Shown one piece after another: positions 9,210-18,251 of a stretch of 32,000 nucleotides of DNA. How positions within the stretch are numbered: position 1 is the first letter of the stretch; each line of letters opens with the position of its first letter. Source of the DNA: Wolbachia endosymbiont of Drosophila innubila (GTDB lineage: Bacteria; Pseudomonadota; Alphaproteobacteria; Rickettsiales; Anaplasmataceae); NCBI RefSeq assembly GCF_021378375.1, contig NZ_CP076228.1, positions 420,001-452,000 of the forward strand, given 5' to 3'. Position numbers and translations under genes: made by a program. The notes below the pieces were generated by a model. That model did no database searches, was not told where the DNA came from, and saw only the letters and a list, made by a program, of their open reading frames with translations.

Positions 9210-9249
9210 TCCATGCTAGTTTGCTTGTAAGCAAGCAAACTAGCATGGA
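9210..9249. repeat. Perfect palindrome: 18-bp stem, 4-nt loop
   Basis: tccatgctagtttgcttg-taag-caagcaaactagcatgga. Confidence 0.9.
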
Positions 9250-9401
9250 AAGTTTATACTAAATGAATGTTTTTGATGAGGTTGCACAGAAGCTGGATCC
9301 CAGTGTCAAGCACTGGAATGACATCACAGGGGCACTGGAATTTTTGTTTCAATATTTGTACATTAGCCATGCATCTGAACAGATACTGTAAATTAGCTAT
9401 A

Positions 9402-11000
9402 TTACATTAGCCCATCAGATGAGTTGTAATGGTTATAATTGTCTGATAAGTGATCTCTAACATCGTGACCTAACTCATTGGCATCAGGCTTAACTTCGTG
9501 ATCTAACTCATTAGCATCGAGCTTAAACAAAGAAGGATTATCATCAGATTGTTGATTAGACTCTTTCTCTTTCGACCCAAATAACCATGAAAAGAGTGAT
9601 GAGATAGAATCAATAATGGATTTAATTGTTGAAAAAATATTGGATAAGAAATTACTGGGTTGCTGAGTATCCTCTTCGGCTGATTCTGGTTCAGGCTCTT
9701 TTCCTGCTGTGTCATCCACATCTTCTTCAGGTTTACTTCTGCTTATAAGTGTCTTATCTAACCATTTGAATATATTCTTGTCTAGATTATGAAAATACAT
9801 TTGACTTATCTCCTTATTTTCATCAACGTAAATCACTAAAGTTGTATTCTCATTCCCCAATCCATCACATTCACTAACGAGCGATTCATGAGAGTTCTTA
9901 ATGTCTTTGATAAATTGAAGTTTTTCTTCTTCTGCTGAAAGATAATCTCTGTGTTCTGCTCTATAAGTGGTGCCTTTGTATTTAAAACTAAACATTGATT
10001 CACGATCTTCATATTCATCTAGTCCAGAATTCTTGACACGTTGTATAATTTGAAATTTCTCTGCTTCTGAAAGGTCCTTGAGGTATATACTACCAGTTGT
10101 ATCTTTATATTTAAATTTAAACATCCATCCATGGTCTTCATATTCATCTAGTCCAGAACTCTTGACACGTTGTATAATTTGAAATTTCTCTTCTTCTGAA
10201 AGGTTTAGGCGGTATACACTACCAGTTGTACCTATGTATTTAAAAATAAAACTCCATCCATCGTATTTATATTCATCTACACCCATCTGCTTGCAAATAG
10301 CTTTATAATTTTTTTCTTCTACTTCTCGTCCAACAACATTTGCTATGAGTTCAGTATCCAGAATACTCAAAGTTTGGACTATTGCCGATGGTGAAAAACA
10401 CAATTGAAATATGTGGCCTAGCTCATGACCTAGAACAAAATCCATGGCACTTTGCTTATATGTCAGAATATTCTGACAATCTGTTACTCCTCGTGTAATA
10501 TATCCTGGACCACCATCTTCATCTAAGCCGAGAAGATTGCTATACTTTGTATAATCGCTTCTATTATTAAAAATGTGAACCGTTATATTGTAACTTGCAT
10601 TACTATTTTTCAAGCAAAACTTTTCTTTAAATGCTTCATAGGCAGTTTTAATGTCTGTTTCTATTTGGTTTTGTTCCTGCTCAGATAAGTTGTCGTATTT
10701 TATAGTACAATTTATATACCCGTATTTAACGGTAAAGCTGTTAGACAAAACATCATGTATATTTGTGGAAAAATAATTGAACTGCTTTGACTCAGCTTCC
10801 TTATACAATTGATGCCCATATTTATCCCTAGAATACTTTGGTAGTTTAGGTACTTTGGCAATTAAGTTTTTGTTACTATCAAAAAAAGAAATATCAGAAT
10901 TACCAATCCTAAAATCCTTTATAGATTGCCCGCAAGTGCCATCATTTGCACAATCATGATTATCTTTCTTATTAAACCATGCGTTGGTGTATTTTTCCAT
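9402..11000 (-). CDS. Putative zinc metalloprotease, microbial collagenase (M9)-like, with tandem repeats and C-terminal hydrophobic segment
   Basis: 532 aa. TYKQSAMDFVLGHELGHIFQLCF contains HExxH. The preceding ITVHIFNNRSDYTKYSNLLGLDEDGGPGYIT resembles the segment before HExxH in M9-type enzymes. Segment SNIFSTIKSIIDSISSLFSWLF near the C-terminus. Confidence 0.65.
   Translation of the reverse strand: MEKYTNAWFNKKDNHDCANDGTCGQSIKDFRIGNSDISFFDSNKNLIAKVPKLPKYSRDKYGHQLYKEAESKQFNYFSTNIHDVLSNSFTVKYGYINCTIKYDNLSEQEQNQIETDIKTAYEAFKEKFCLKNSNASYNITVHIFNNRSDYTKYSNLLGLDEDGGPGYITRGVTDCQNILTYKQSAMDFVLGHELGHIFQLCFSPSAIVQTLSILDTELIANVVGREVEEKNYKAICKQMGVDEYKYDGWSFIFKYIGTTGSVYRLNLSEEEKFQIIQRVKSSGLDEYEDHGWMFKFKYKDTTGSIYLKDLSEAEKFQIIQRVKNSGLDEYEDRESMFSFKYKGTTYRAEHRDYLSAEEEKLQFIKDIKNSHESLVSECDGLGNENTTLVIYVDENKEISQMYFHNLDKNIFKWLDKTLISRSKPEEDVDDTAGKEPEPESAEEDTQQPSNFLSNIFSTIKSIIDSISSLFSWLFGSKEKESNQQSDDNPSLFKLDANELDHEVKPDANELGHDVRDHLSDNYNHYNSSDGLM
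9888..10277 (-). repeat. Three tandem ~43-aa (129-bp) coding repeats
   Basis: DEYKYDGWSFIFKYIGTTGSVYRLNLSEEEKFQIIQRVKSSGL / DEYEDHGWMFKFKYKDTTGSIYLKDLSEAEKFQIIQRVKNSGL / DEYEDRESMFSFKYKGTTYRAEHRDYLSAEEEKLQFIKDIKNSH. Confidence 0.9.
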
Positions 11001-11177
11001 TTTGATACCTCACTACCAAACCTTACTATATTATTATCTTGGTAAAAATCATAATAATTCGTTAACTTGTATTTTAAATCTGTATCAAATGTGCTTTTCT
11101 CGTAAGGTATCAATTGTGAAGTAATTAACTTTGTTTGTTTAAAATTTTGCTAAAATAGCTCTTTTTATACTATGTTT

Positions 11178-11243
11178 TATATAGCTAAACTGACTTAGAT
11201 TTACTGACAATTTGAAAAACAAAAATTCGTCATTCCGCTACTA
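11178..11243. repeat. Intergenic repeat copy 2
   Basis: tatagctaaactgacttagatttactgacaatttgaaaaacaaaaattcgtcattccgctac resembles 7990-8060. Confidence 0.7.
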
Positions 11244-11339
11244 GAGGTTGTCCGGAAACAAGTAAAAGGCTATAAGAGGTTGTCCGGAAACAAGTAAAAG
11301 GCTATAAGAGGTTGTCCGGAAACAAGTAAAAGGCTATAA
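11244..11339 (+). repeat. Three perfect tandem copies of a 32-bp IS terminus
   Basis: gaggttgtccggaaacaagtaaaaggctataa at 11244, 11276 and 11308. Confidence 0.95.
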
Positions 11340-11883
11340 TATCTGAAATTTTAGTACGGGGTAAAGATGAGAAAAAAGTATCCAACAGATCTAAGCGAAA
11401 GGGAATGGGCAAGAATAGAAAAACACTTCAGAGTATCATACAAGAAAGGAGGAAGGCTGCCAAAGTATAGCAAAAAAAGAAATATTAGAAGCAATTTTCT
11501 ATGTATTGCGTACAGGGTGTCAATGGCGGTATTTACCAAATGATTTTCCGCTATGGAAGACTGTGTATGAGCAGTTCAGGCAATGGAAGAAGCAGGGAAT
11601 TTTGAGAAAATGAATTATGAAATTACAAAATATAGTAGAAGAAAAATAGGAAAGAATGAGCAGCCGAGTGCCTGTATAGTAGATAGTCAATCTGTAAAGA
11701 CTACAGAAAAGGGGGATCAAAGCTATGATGGAAGTAAAAAGTAAAGGGTAGAAAAAGGCATATAATTACAGACACTCAGGGTTTTATACTAGGTTGTTAC
11801 GTAGGCGCTGCTAACGAAAATGATAGAGATGGTATTAAAATAGCATTAAACAATATGAGAACAAAATATACTAAAGTTAAAAA

Positions 11884-12195
11884 ATGTGGGCTGACATGGG
11901 ATACCAAGGAAGAAATTTAAAGAATCACATAAAGGAAGAATATGACATAGATATTGAAATTGTTAAAAGGCCTCCATGTAGATTTTGGGTGCACAAAGAT
12001 ACGCCACCTGAGCTACTACCAACAAGAGAACAAGGGTTTAAAGTACAGCCAAGAAGATGGGTTGTAGAAAGGACTTTTGCTTGGGTTAATAGGAATAGAA
12101 GGCTATCGAAGGAGTATGATTTACTCACAACATCCACTGAGAATTTCATATACCTAGCTATGAGTAGGGTTATGTTAAAGAGGGAATATGCTTGA
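11884..12195 (+). pseudogene. IS5-family transposase C-terminal fragment
   Basis: MWADMGYQGRNLKNHIKEE...RRWVVERTFAWVNRNRRLSKEYDLL. Confidence 0.85.
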
Positions 12196-12355
12196 ATTTA
12201 CTAGTTTCCGAACAACCTCTATAGTATTTTCTAAAACGAATGATAAACGTCTAAAATGGTATTACCAACTAAAAGGTGTAAGTTTGTACATTGATGCATT
12301 AGAGGTCTGAGGCGACTTTTGATGGTGTGCCAACAATGCTCTATCGGATTTAGAT

Positions 12356-12571
12356 CTTACTATTACCCACAAATATAAATGTTTGTTGCATAGCTCTTAA
12401 TGGCATAACTTTTGCTTGAAATAACTGTTTATATGGTGCAATTTACAGCTTTTAGTTGCTAAAATTATAACTCTTAGTTTAATAATTTTAATCTAATAAG
12501 CTTTCAGGTTAATAAAATTAAATTATTTGAGTAAATACAATACTATGTTTTTATTTGTGGGTAATAGTAAG
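12356..12571. repeat. 216-bp MITE-like unit with 20-bp perfect inverted termini
   Basis: CTTACTATTACCCACAAATA (12356-12375) is the exact reverse complement of TATTTGTGGGTAATAGTAAG (12552-12571). The interior is AT-rich and non-coding. Confidence 0.65.
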
Positions 12572-13600
12572 GCTTAAAGCAAAATGTAGTACGAACGGTA
12601 GGTGGATCTAAAAGATCGAATTACAATCCTGTATACAGCATTTTGCATTATTGTTTGATTATATTTATAGGTACAAAAATGGCTAGAATAATTTTCATGG
12701 GAGTAGATGTTTCCAAGGAAGCATTGGACATCTCAATTAATGGCAAGCATAAGCGCATAGCAAACGTGAGTGATGCTATATCTAAGTTTATAGAAACAAA
12801 TATAGTCGATTTACCCATCAAGTTATGTGTAAGCTGGTGGCTATGAAAAGCTCATTATAAAATTGTTGCAAGATAACTGTCCATAAAGCTCACCCGAATC
12901 GGGTATATGCATTTGCCAAAGCTTGCAATCATTTTGCAAAAACTGACAAGTTAGATGCTAAATTACTGGAAAAATACGCTGAATTTGTCAGTAAAGACGG
13001 TGAAGTAAAAGGATGTATAATTTCACAAAAGCAAGAGGAATTAAAGGAGCTGGGGGCAGTTGAGCGTAATTTAAATGATGCAATTCATGCAAACAAGTGT
13101 CGCCTGCAAAGTGCGACGGGAAAAGCTAGAGAATACATAGAAAGACAGATAGGGTTTGCTGAAAAACAATTGAAAGAAATTAGGCAAGACATAGAAGACG
13201 CAATAGCTGAATTGAAAGGAAAAAATGAGCTTTTAATCAGCTATAAAGGTATTGGATCAAAGACGGCGAGCGTTCTACTGACAGAGGTGCCTGAGCTTGG
13301 TAGATTAGAGAATAGAGAAATTGCATGCTTAGTTGGAGTTGCACCTAAAACTAGTGAAAGTGGAAGAAAAGTTGGCAAAGCTCAAATCAAAGGAGGCAGG
13401 TTTTATGCAAGGAAAGCACTATACATGTCAGCTCTTGTTGCTATGCGCCACAACAGAAAAATGAAAGCGTTTTATCAGCGTTTGGTTGATTCTGGCAAAG
13501 CTGCTAAGGTTGCATTAGTTGCTGTCATGAGAAAAATTATCGTTTGTTTAAATGCCATGATAAAAAATAACAACTTTTATCTTGACTCTTAAGACGGTAG
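12572..13600 (+). mobile_element. Second IS110-family insertion sequence, degraded; ends not resolved
   Basis: MARIIFMGVDVSKEALDISINGKHKRIANV (N-terminal DEDD domain) plus ELLISYKGIGSKTASVLLTEVPELGRLENREIACLVGVAPKTSESGRKVGKAQIKGGRFYARKALYMSALVAMRHN (C-terminal domain). Confidence 0.8.
12679..13592 (+). pseudogene. IS110-family transposase, frameshifted
   Basis: N-terminal frame ends at 12846 and the C-terminal frame reopens before 13170-13592. Confidence 0.8.
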
Positions 13601-13667
13601 ATGACAGACCATTGATTGTATGGGTTCCATCTGTTATATATAATCTTTTTGAATACGAAGAAAACTG

Positions 13668-15041
13668 ATGAATGAGTATGATATTACGGTTATAGGTAGC
13701 GGTCCTGGTGGTTATATAGCGGCAACTAGGGCGGCACAGCTTGGGTTTAAAACTGCAATTGTGGAAAAAGAAAAAAATTTAGGCGGTATATGCTTAAATT
13801 GGGGATGTATACCAACAAAATCACTGCTTAGAGCATCTGAGGTTTATAGGCTAATAAAAAGATCAAAAGAGTTTGGTATAGAAGTAAAGGGAGCGAATTT
13901 TGATATACAATCAATAGTGAAATACTCAAGAAACGTTGTTGATAAATTGTCAAGCGGTGTTGCATATTTGATGAAAAAAAATAATATCAAAGTTCATCAA
14001 GGTTTTGGTAAACTTGCAGGCAATGGTACTATAAAAGTCGTTAGCGATAAGGAAGAACAAGAAATTGTTTCCAAGCATATCATTTTAGCAACAGGCGTGA
14101 GGGCACGGAATCTGCCTGGAATAGAGGCAGATGGAGATTTAATATGGAATGCGCAGCACGCTATGACTCCAGAGAGATTACCAAAATCGCTACTAATTAT
14201 AGGGTCTGGTGCAATTGGAATAGAATTTGCAAGTTTTTATAGTACTTTGGGGGTTGATGTAACAATCATAGAGATAAAGAGCACTATTTTGCCGCTGGAG
14301 GATAAGGACATTTCAGATTTAGCACAAGAAATATTCACAAAACAGGGGATAAAAATATATACAAACAGTAGCGTAAAAGCTCTTACTAAAAGTAAAGACT
14401 CTGCTCAAGTGCTACTAAGTAGTGGTGAGAGCAAAGAATTTGAGAGGGTGATTGTTGCGGTTGGAATTCAAGCAAATATTGAAAATATAGGTTTAGAAAA
14501 TACAAAAATTAAATTAAGCCCTTCTGGCTTTATTGAAACGAATGAATGGTATGAAACTAGTGAATCAAATGTGTATGCAATAGGTGATGTAGCTGGCCCA
14601 CCATGTTTAGCACATAAAGCGAGCCATGAAGCCGTGATCTGCATTGAAAAGATTGCTGGTAAAAATGCTCATGCGTTAAAAAAAGAATGCATACCAAATT
14701 GCACTTATTCTCATCCACAAATAGCGAGCATCGGCCTTACTGAGGAACAGGCAATAAAAGGTGGGTATGATATAAAAATAGGAAAATTTCACTCTAACTT
14801 TAATGGTAAATCTGTTGCACTCAGTGAAACTGAAGGGTTAGTGAAAACGATTATAGATAAAAAAACCGGAGAAATTCTGGGTAGCCACATGATAGGTGCA
14901 GAAGTAACGGAGTTAATTAGCAATTTTGCTCTTGCAAAGCAACTAGAAGGAACAGACTTCGACATAAAATCTACGATTTTTCCTCATCCAACCATTTCAG
15001 AGATGATACATGAATCAGTGCTTGCTGCAGATGTTAAATAG
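13668..15041 (+). CDS. lpdA: Dihydrolipoyl dehydrogenase (E3)
   Basis: YDITVIGSGPGGYIAATRAAQLG, GGICLNWGCIPTKSLL and C-terminal YSHPQIASIGLTEEQA / HPHPTISEMIHE-type motifs. Confidence 0.95.
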   Translation: MNEYDITVIGSGPGGYIAATRAAQLGFKTAIVEKEKNLGGICLNWGCIPTKSLLRASEVYRLIKRSKEFGIEVKGANFDIQSIVKYSRNVVDKLSSGVAYLMKKNNIKVHQGFGKLAGNGTIKVVSDKEEQEIVSKHIILATGVRARNLPGIEADGDLIWNAQHAMTPERLPKSLLIIGSGAIGIEFASFYSTLGVDVTIIEIKSTILPLEDKDISDLAQEIFTKQGIKIYTNSSVKALTKSKDSAQVLLSSGESKEFERVIVAVGIQANIENIGLENTKIKLSPSGFIETNEWYETSESNVYAIGDVAGPPCLAHKASHEAVICIEKIAGKNAHALKKECIPNCTYSHPQIASIGLTEEQAIKGGYDIKIGKFHSNFNGKSVALSETEGLVKTIIDKKTGEILGSHMIGAEVTELISNFALAKQLEGTDFDIKSTIFPHPTISEMIHESVLAADVK

Positions 15042-15046
15042 TTGAA

Positions 15047-15439
15047 CTAACGTTCCATCGTTTTAGAGTTGTCAATGTCTTGAGTAGTAGTTTGATTAGG
15101 CACTTTAGTTTCAATAGATTGATTACCACCAGCATCAGAATTCTGTAACTCTTCTTTCAATCCCTTAGCTGCTTCTTTAACTTCAAGCTTTGCTTTTGGA
15201 TGAAGATCTTCTGGGCCTTTTCCTTTAGTATCCAAACTTTGTTGTAGATTAGTGCTTTTCATTTTATTATGCTGCTCGTGCTCAGGTAGGTCAACGACCG
15301 AATTGAAAAGAATTTTTATTATATTTTTTAGCAGTTCTAAAAAACCTCCGCTTCTGCCTTCTCTTTGTTCTTGAGGTTTATTTTTCTCATTAGGTTCTTT
15401 TTTACTATTACTTTTAGGCATTTTTAACTCAACTATCAT
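15047..15439 (-). CDS. Hypothetical protein, charged, with one short hydrophobic segment
   Basis: 130-aa ORF: MIVELKMPKSNSKKEPNEKNKPQEQREGRSGGFLELLKNIIKILFNSV...; convergent with lpdA. Confidence 0.5.
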   Translation of the reverse strand: MIVELKMPKSNSKKEPNEKNKPQEQREGRSGGFLELLKNIIKILFNSVVDLPEHEQHNKMKSTNLQQSLDTKGKGPEDLHPKAKLEVKEAAKGLKEELQNSDAGGNQSIETKVPNQTTTQDIDNSKTMER

Positions 15440-15508
15440 AACGCTTAATAAAATTCTACGTGCAAATTGTTAAATAACAGTTAACAATCTAGGATTTATT
15501 ATTTACAG

Positions 15509-16540
15509 ATGGATATTATTTTAGCAACAGGTGGCACAGGTGGGCATATCTTTCCGGCCATAGCTTTAGCAAAAGCACTAAAGACACAAGGATACAATTG
15601 CATATTATTCACTGATAAAAAAACAAATAAAAATACCGACATAGAAAGCTACACCTTACCATTACGTAGACCAAGCAGCAACAAATTTAAGTTTTTCCTT
15701 TTCTTGATATACAGCTCTATGTTAGCACTGTATCAAGTAAGAAAATTAAAACCAAAATCGGTCATTGGTTTTGGTAGCTATGCTTCTTTTCCAACTCTTC
15801 TTGCAGCAAGAGTTCTTTCTATACCTATAATTTTACATGAACAAAACACAGTTTTAGGGAGAGTAAATAGATTCTTTTTCAAGAGTGCAAAATTAATTGC
15901 AACCAGCTTTCCGGAGACTAAATATGCAGAGGGCAATAAATGTATTTTTACAGGAAATTTTGTTGATATAAAAGCACAGAGCCATTCTAGCACTGAGAAA
16001 ATCCTAAATATATTGGTCATAGCAGGCAGCCAAGGTGCAAATTTTTTTGATGATGTAGTAAGCAGCGTAATTTGTGATTTACCTATTAAAATGAAAAAGA
16101 AAATTAGAGTGACGCAGCAATGTACGAAGAAAAATGTAAACAAGGTCAAAAGTCTATACAAAAGTGAAAAGATCGATTGTGAATTGAGTGAATTTTTTGA
16201 TGATATGGAGAATAGACTGGCCAATGCTCACTTGGTAATTAGCAGAGCAGGAGCAACTTCAATAGCAGAGATCACTCTTGCTAGGCGTTCTGCTATATAT
16301 ATTCCTTACCCTTACTCAAAAGATAATCACCAATTTTATAACGCAAAATATATTGAAGACTCGAGAGCAGCTATAATAGTTAAGCAGAATAGTGAAGCAA
16401 AAAAAAATCTAACAGAGGTACTATTTGATCTATTAAATAATTCTCAAAAATTGCGTGATATGACCAATAGTACAGAAAAAACAGGGATAAAGAATGGGAC
16501 TACTGAGTTTGTTAAGGTGATTGTTCACAGGTTTAGTTGA
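15509..16540 (+). CDS. murG: UDP-GlcNAc:undecaprenyl-PP-MurNAc-pentapeptide GlcNAc transferase
   Basis: ILATGGTGGHIFPAIALA, GFGSYASFPTLLAA, LHEQNTVLGRVNR and SRAGATSIAEI. Confidence 0.95.
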   Translation: MDIILATGGTGGHIFPAIALAKALKTQGYNCILFTDKKTNKNTDIESYTLPLRRPSSNKFKFFLFLIYSSMLALYQVRKLKPKSVIGFGSYASFPTLLAARVLSIPIILHEQNTVLGRVNRFFFKSAKLIATSFPETKYAEGNKCIFTGNFVDIKAQSHSSTEKILNILVIAGSQGANFFDDVVSSVICDLPIKMKKKIRVTQQCTKKNVNKVKSLYKSEKIDCELSEFFDDMENRLANAHLVISRAGATSIAEITLARRSAIYIPYPYSKDNHQFYNAKYIEDSRAAIIVKQNSEAKKNLTEVLFDLLNNSQKLRDMTNSTEKTGIKNGTTEFVKVIVHRFS

Positions 16541-17454
16541 TGGCTGCTTGCTTTTTCTTCAAACACGTCCCAAAGATCCTTTTCTAGCGATATATTATAC
16601 AATTTATTGATATAAACTACTCCCGTGGGTGAAGTTGTGTTAATTTCGAGCAGGAAGTCATCTATAATATCAATACCAACAAATATTAGCCCTCTTTTCT
16701 TTAATTCAGGACCAATTTTGTTACATATTTCATTGTTTCTATCGTTCATTTGAGCGGGCTCAAAACTTGCTCCAAGTCGCATGTTTGTTCTGATCTCTCC
16801 ACTGATTTTTGGAATTCGTTTCATTACACCAATTGGTTGGCCATAAAGTAGCAATATTCTTTTATCTTTATCTATGTTTTTACAAAATGATTGTGCAATC
16901 ACAGGGCATTCGTATTTTGCTATCATGAGATCCACTACTACTTGAATACTATTCTCATCTTGTATTCTTATCACATCGTTTCCTCCATAACTATACAATG
17001 GCTTCAGAATAATATCTTGATAGTTGTAGTAGAAATCTCTAATCATTGATATATTTTCAGTAATCAAAGTTGGCGGAATTAGTTCTGGAAATAATGAAGT
17101 TATCAATTTTTCAGGACAATTTCTTATTTCTGTTGGATTGTTAATTACCAATGCGCTAGTTTTTTCTAAGATATATGTTGTTGTAATGTAACGCATATCA
17201 AAAGGTGGATCCTGTCTGATAAATATGATGTTCATTTCATTCAAGTTGATAGCTACATCTTTTTTGGAGATAAAACTAAAATCATCAACGCTGACTTTCT
17301 GAGCAAAAGCAATTGGATAGTTTAGCTTTAGTGCTAAATTATCAGGAGTATAAACAAAAATTTCATACCCCCTCCTTTGTGCTTCTTTTATTAGCGCAAA
17401 TGTAGTATCAGTTTCAAAATTTATATTTTCATCCATCTGAAAGGCAATTTTCAT
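16525..17454 (-). CDS. gshB: Glutathione synthetase
   Basis: MKIAFQMDENINFETDTTFALIKEAQRRG, IFIRQDPPFDMRYITTTYILE, ILKPLYSYGG and INTTSPTG are GshB motifs. 3' end overlaps murG by 16 bp. Confidence 0.92.
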   Translation of the reverse strand: MKIAFQMDENINFETDTTFALIKEAQRRGYEIFVYTPDNLALKLNYPIAFAQKVSVDDFSFISKKDVAINLNEMNIIFIRQDPPFDMRYITTTYILEKTSALVINNPTEIRNCPEKLITSLFPELIPPTLITENISMIRDFYYNYQDIILKPLYSYGGNDVIRIQDENSIQVVVDLMIAKYECPVIAQSFCKNIDKDKRILLLYGQPIGVMKRIPKISGEIRTNMRLGASFEPAQMNDRNNEICNKIGPELKKRGLIFVGIDIIDDFLLEINTTSPTGVVYINKLYNISLEKDLWDVFEEKASSHQLNL

Positions 17455-17514
17455 TTATGTTCTCTACCTATTGTCACAACTGTACAAATGTTATAATTTG
17501 AAAGCGATTTTTGC

Positions 17515-18111
17515 CTAATGGCGTAACTTACTGTACCTGTATCGTACATAACTTACAACTTGTTTTACTCCCTTTACTTTTCTTGCAATTGCTATTACAG
17601 CTTTTAATTCCGCTTTATTTTGGGCTATACCCATCAAATAAACAACTCTATCAACCGTATTAACGCTATAATTAATTGACTTAATATTTCTTTTTCCCAG
17701 GAGTCTTGTTCTTATTTCCGCTGTTATCATGCCATCTACAGTGGTGTCTAGCATGGAAGCCATTTGAATTGGTATTACTCTTATTTCATTTATCACTTCT
17801 TTAATTTCTTTTTGCTGCCAAGCTATTTTTTCTGCTGTAAGTTGTTTTTCAGGAGTGTCAACACTTCCAATGAGCAATACTCTTCCTTCACTTACTTTAA
17901 CCTTTATGGATGAAAATAGCCCATGTTTTAAGAGCTCCTTATTAATTCTGATGACCATAGTCGTATCATCAATGATATTTCCCAAGGATTTGTCCTGCAT
18001 TGTTATTGCTGTTGCTGCCGCTGTAGCCACCACACCACCTATTATAAGGGTTGTGCAACCACTTTGTGTAATCAAAAAAATTGCGAGTAAGAAGCTTGTT
18101 ATTAATCTCAT
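17515..18111 (-). CDS. BON-domain outer-membrane lipoprotein (DolP/YraP-like)
   Basis: Signal peptide plus lipobox-like ITQSGC, then two BON-like segments (IRINKELLKHGLFSSIKVKVSEGRVLLIGSVDTPEKQLTAEKIA; IRTRLLGKRNIKSINYSVNTVDRVVYLMGIAQNKAELKAVIAIARKVKGVKQVVSYVR). Confidence 0.8.
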   Translation of the reverse strand: MRLITSFLLAIFLITQSGCTTLIIGGVVATAAATAITMQDKSLGNIIDDTTMVIRINKELLKHGLFSSIKVKVSEGRVLLIGSVDTPEKQLTAEKIAWQQKEIKEVINEIRVIPIQMASMLDTTVDGMITAEIRTRLLGKRNIKSINYSVNTVDRVVYLMGIAQNKAELKAVIAIARKVKGVKQVVSYVRYRYSKLRH

Positions 18112-18251
18112 TATTGATTTTCAGGGTTTAGAGCTTTCATTAAGAAATGTTAATAAGCTTTTTTGATTGTGTAAATACCATAAATTAAGTAAGACTTTAA
18201 ACCTTGAATATTTTTAATGGAATACCTATAATAGAGTACTAAAAATTTCTT

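Larger units (their letters stand above)
11244..12219 (+). mobile_element. Decayed IS5-family-like (DDE) insertion sequence with triplicated left end
   Basis: Left GAGGTTGTCCGGAAACAAGTAAA; right end reverse complement GAGGTTGTTCGGAAACTAGTAAA (2 mismatches). Transposase remnants include MRKKYPTDLSEREWARIEKHF and MGYQGRNLKNHI...WVVERTFAWVNRNRRLSKEYD. Confidence 0.8.

Noticed and set aside
8485-9219. Plus-strand ORFs of 60-117 aa inside the IS at 8160-9201
   Set aside because: Antisense to the transposase remnants; no independent support.
9402-11000. Possibility that the HELGH ORF is a toxin of a two-gene cytoplasmic-incompatibility or toxin-antitoxin system
   Set aside because: No partner gene next to it (neighbours are IS remnants and repeats), and no recognisable deubiquitylase, nuclease or antitoxin sequence.
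11244-11339. Three 32-bp direct repeats, CRISPR-like at first glance
   Set aside because: No spacers between units; the unit is the terminal inverted repeat of an IS element.
3340-13667. Prophage WO or genomic island
   Set aside because: No phage structural, integrase or replication genes seen; only IS elements, repeats and isolated ORFs.
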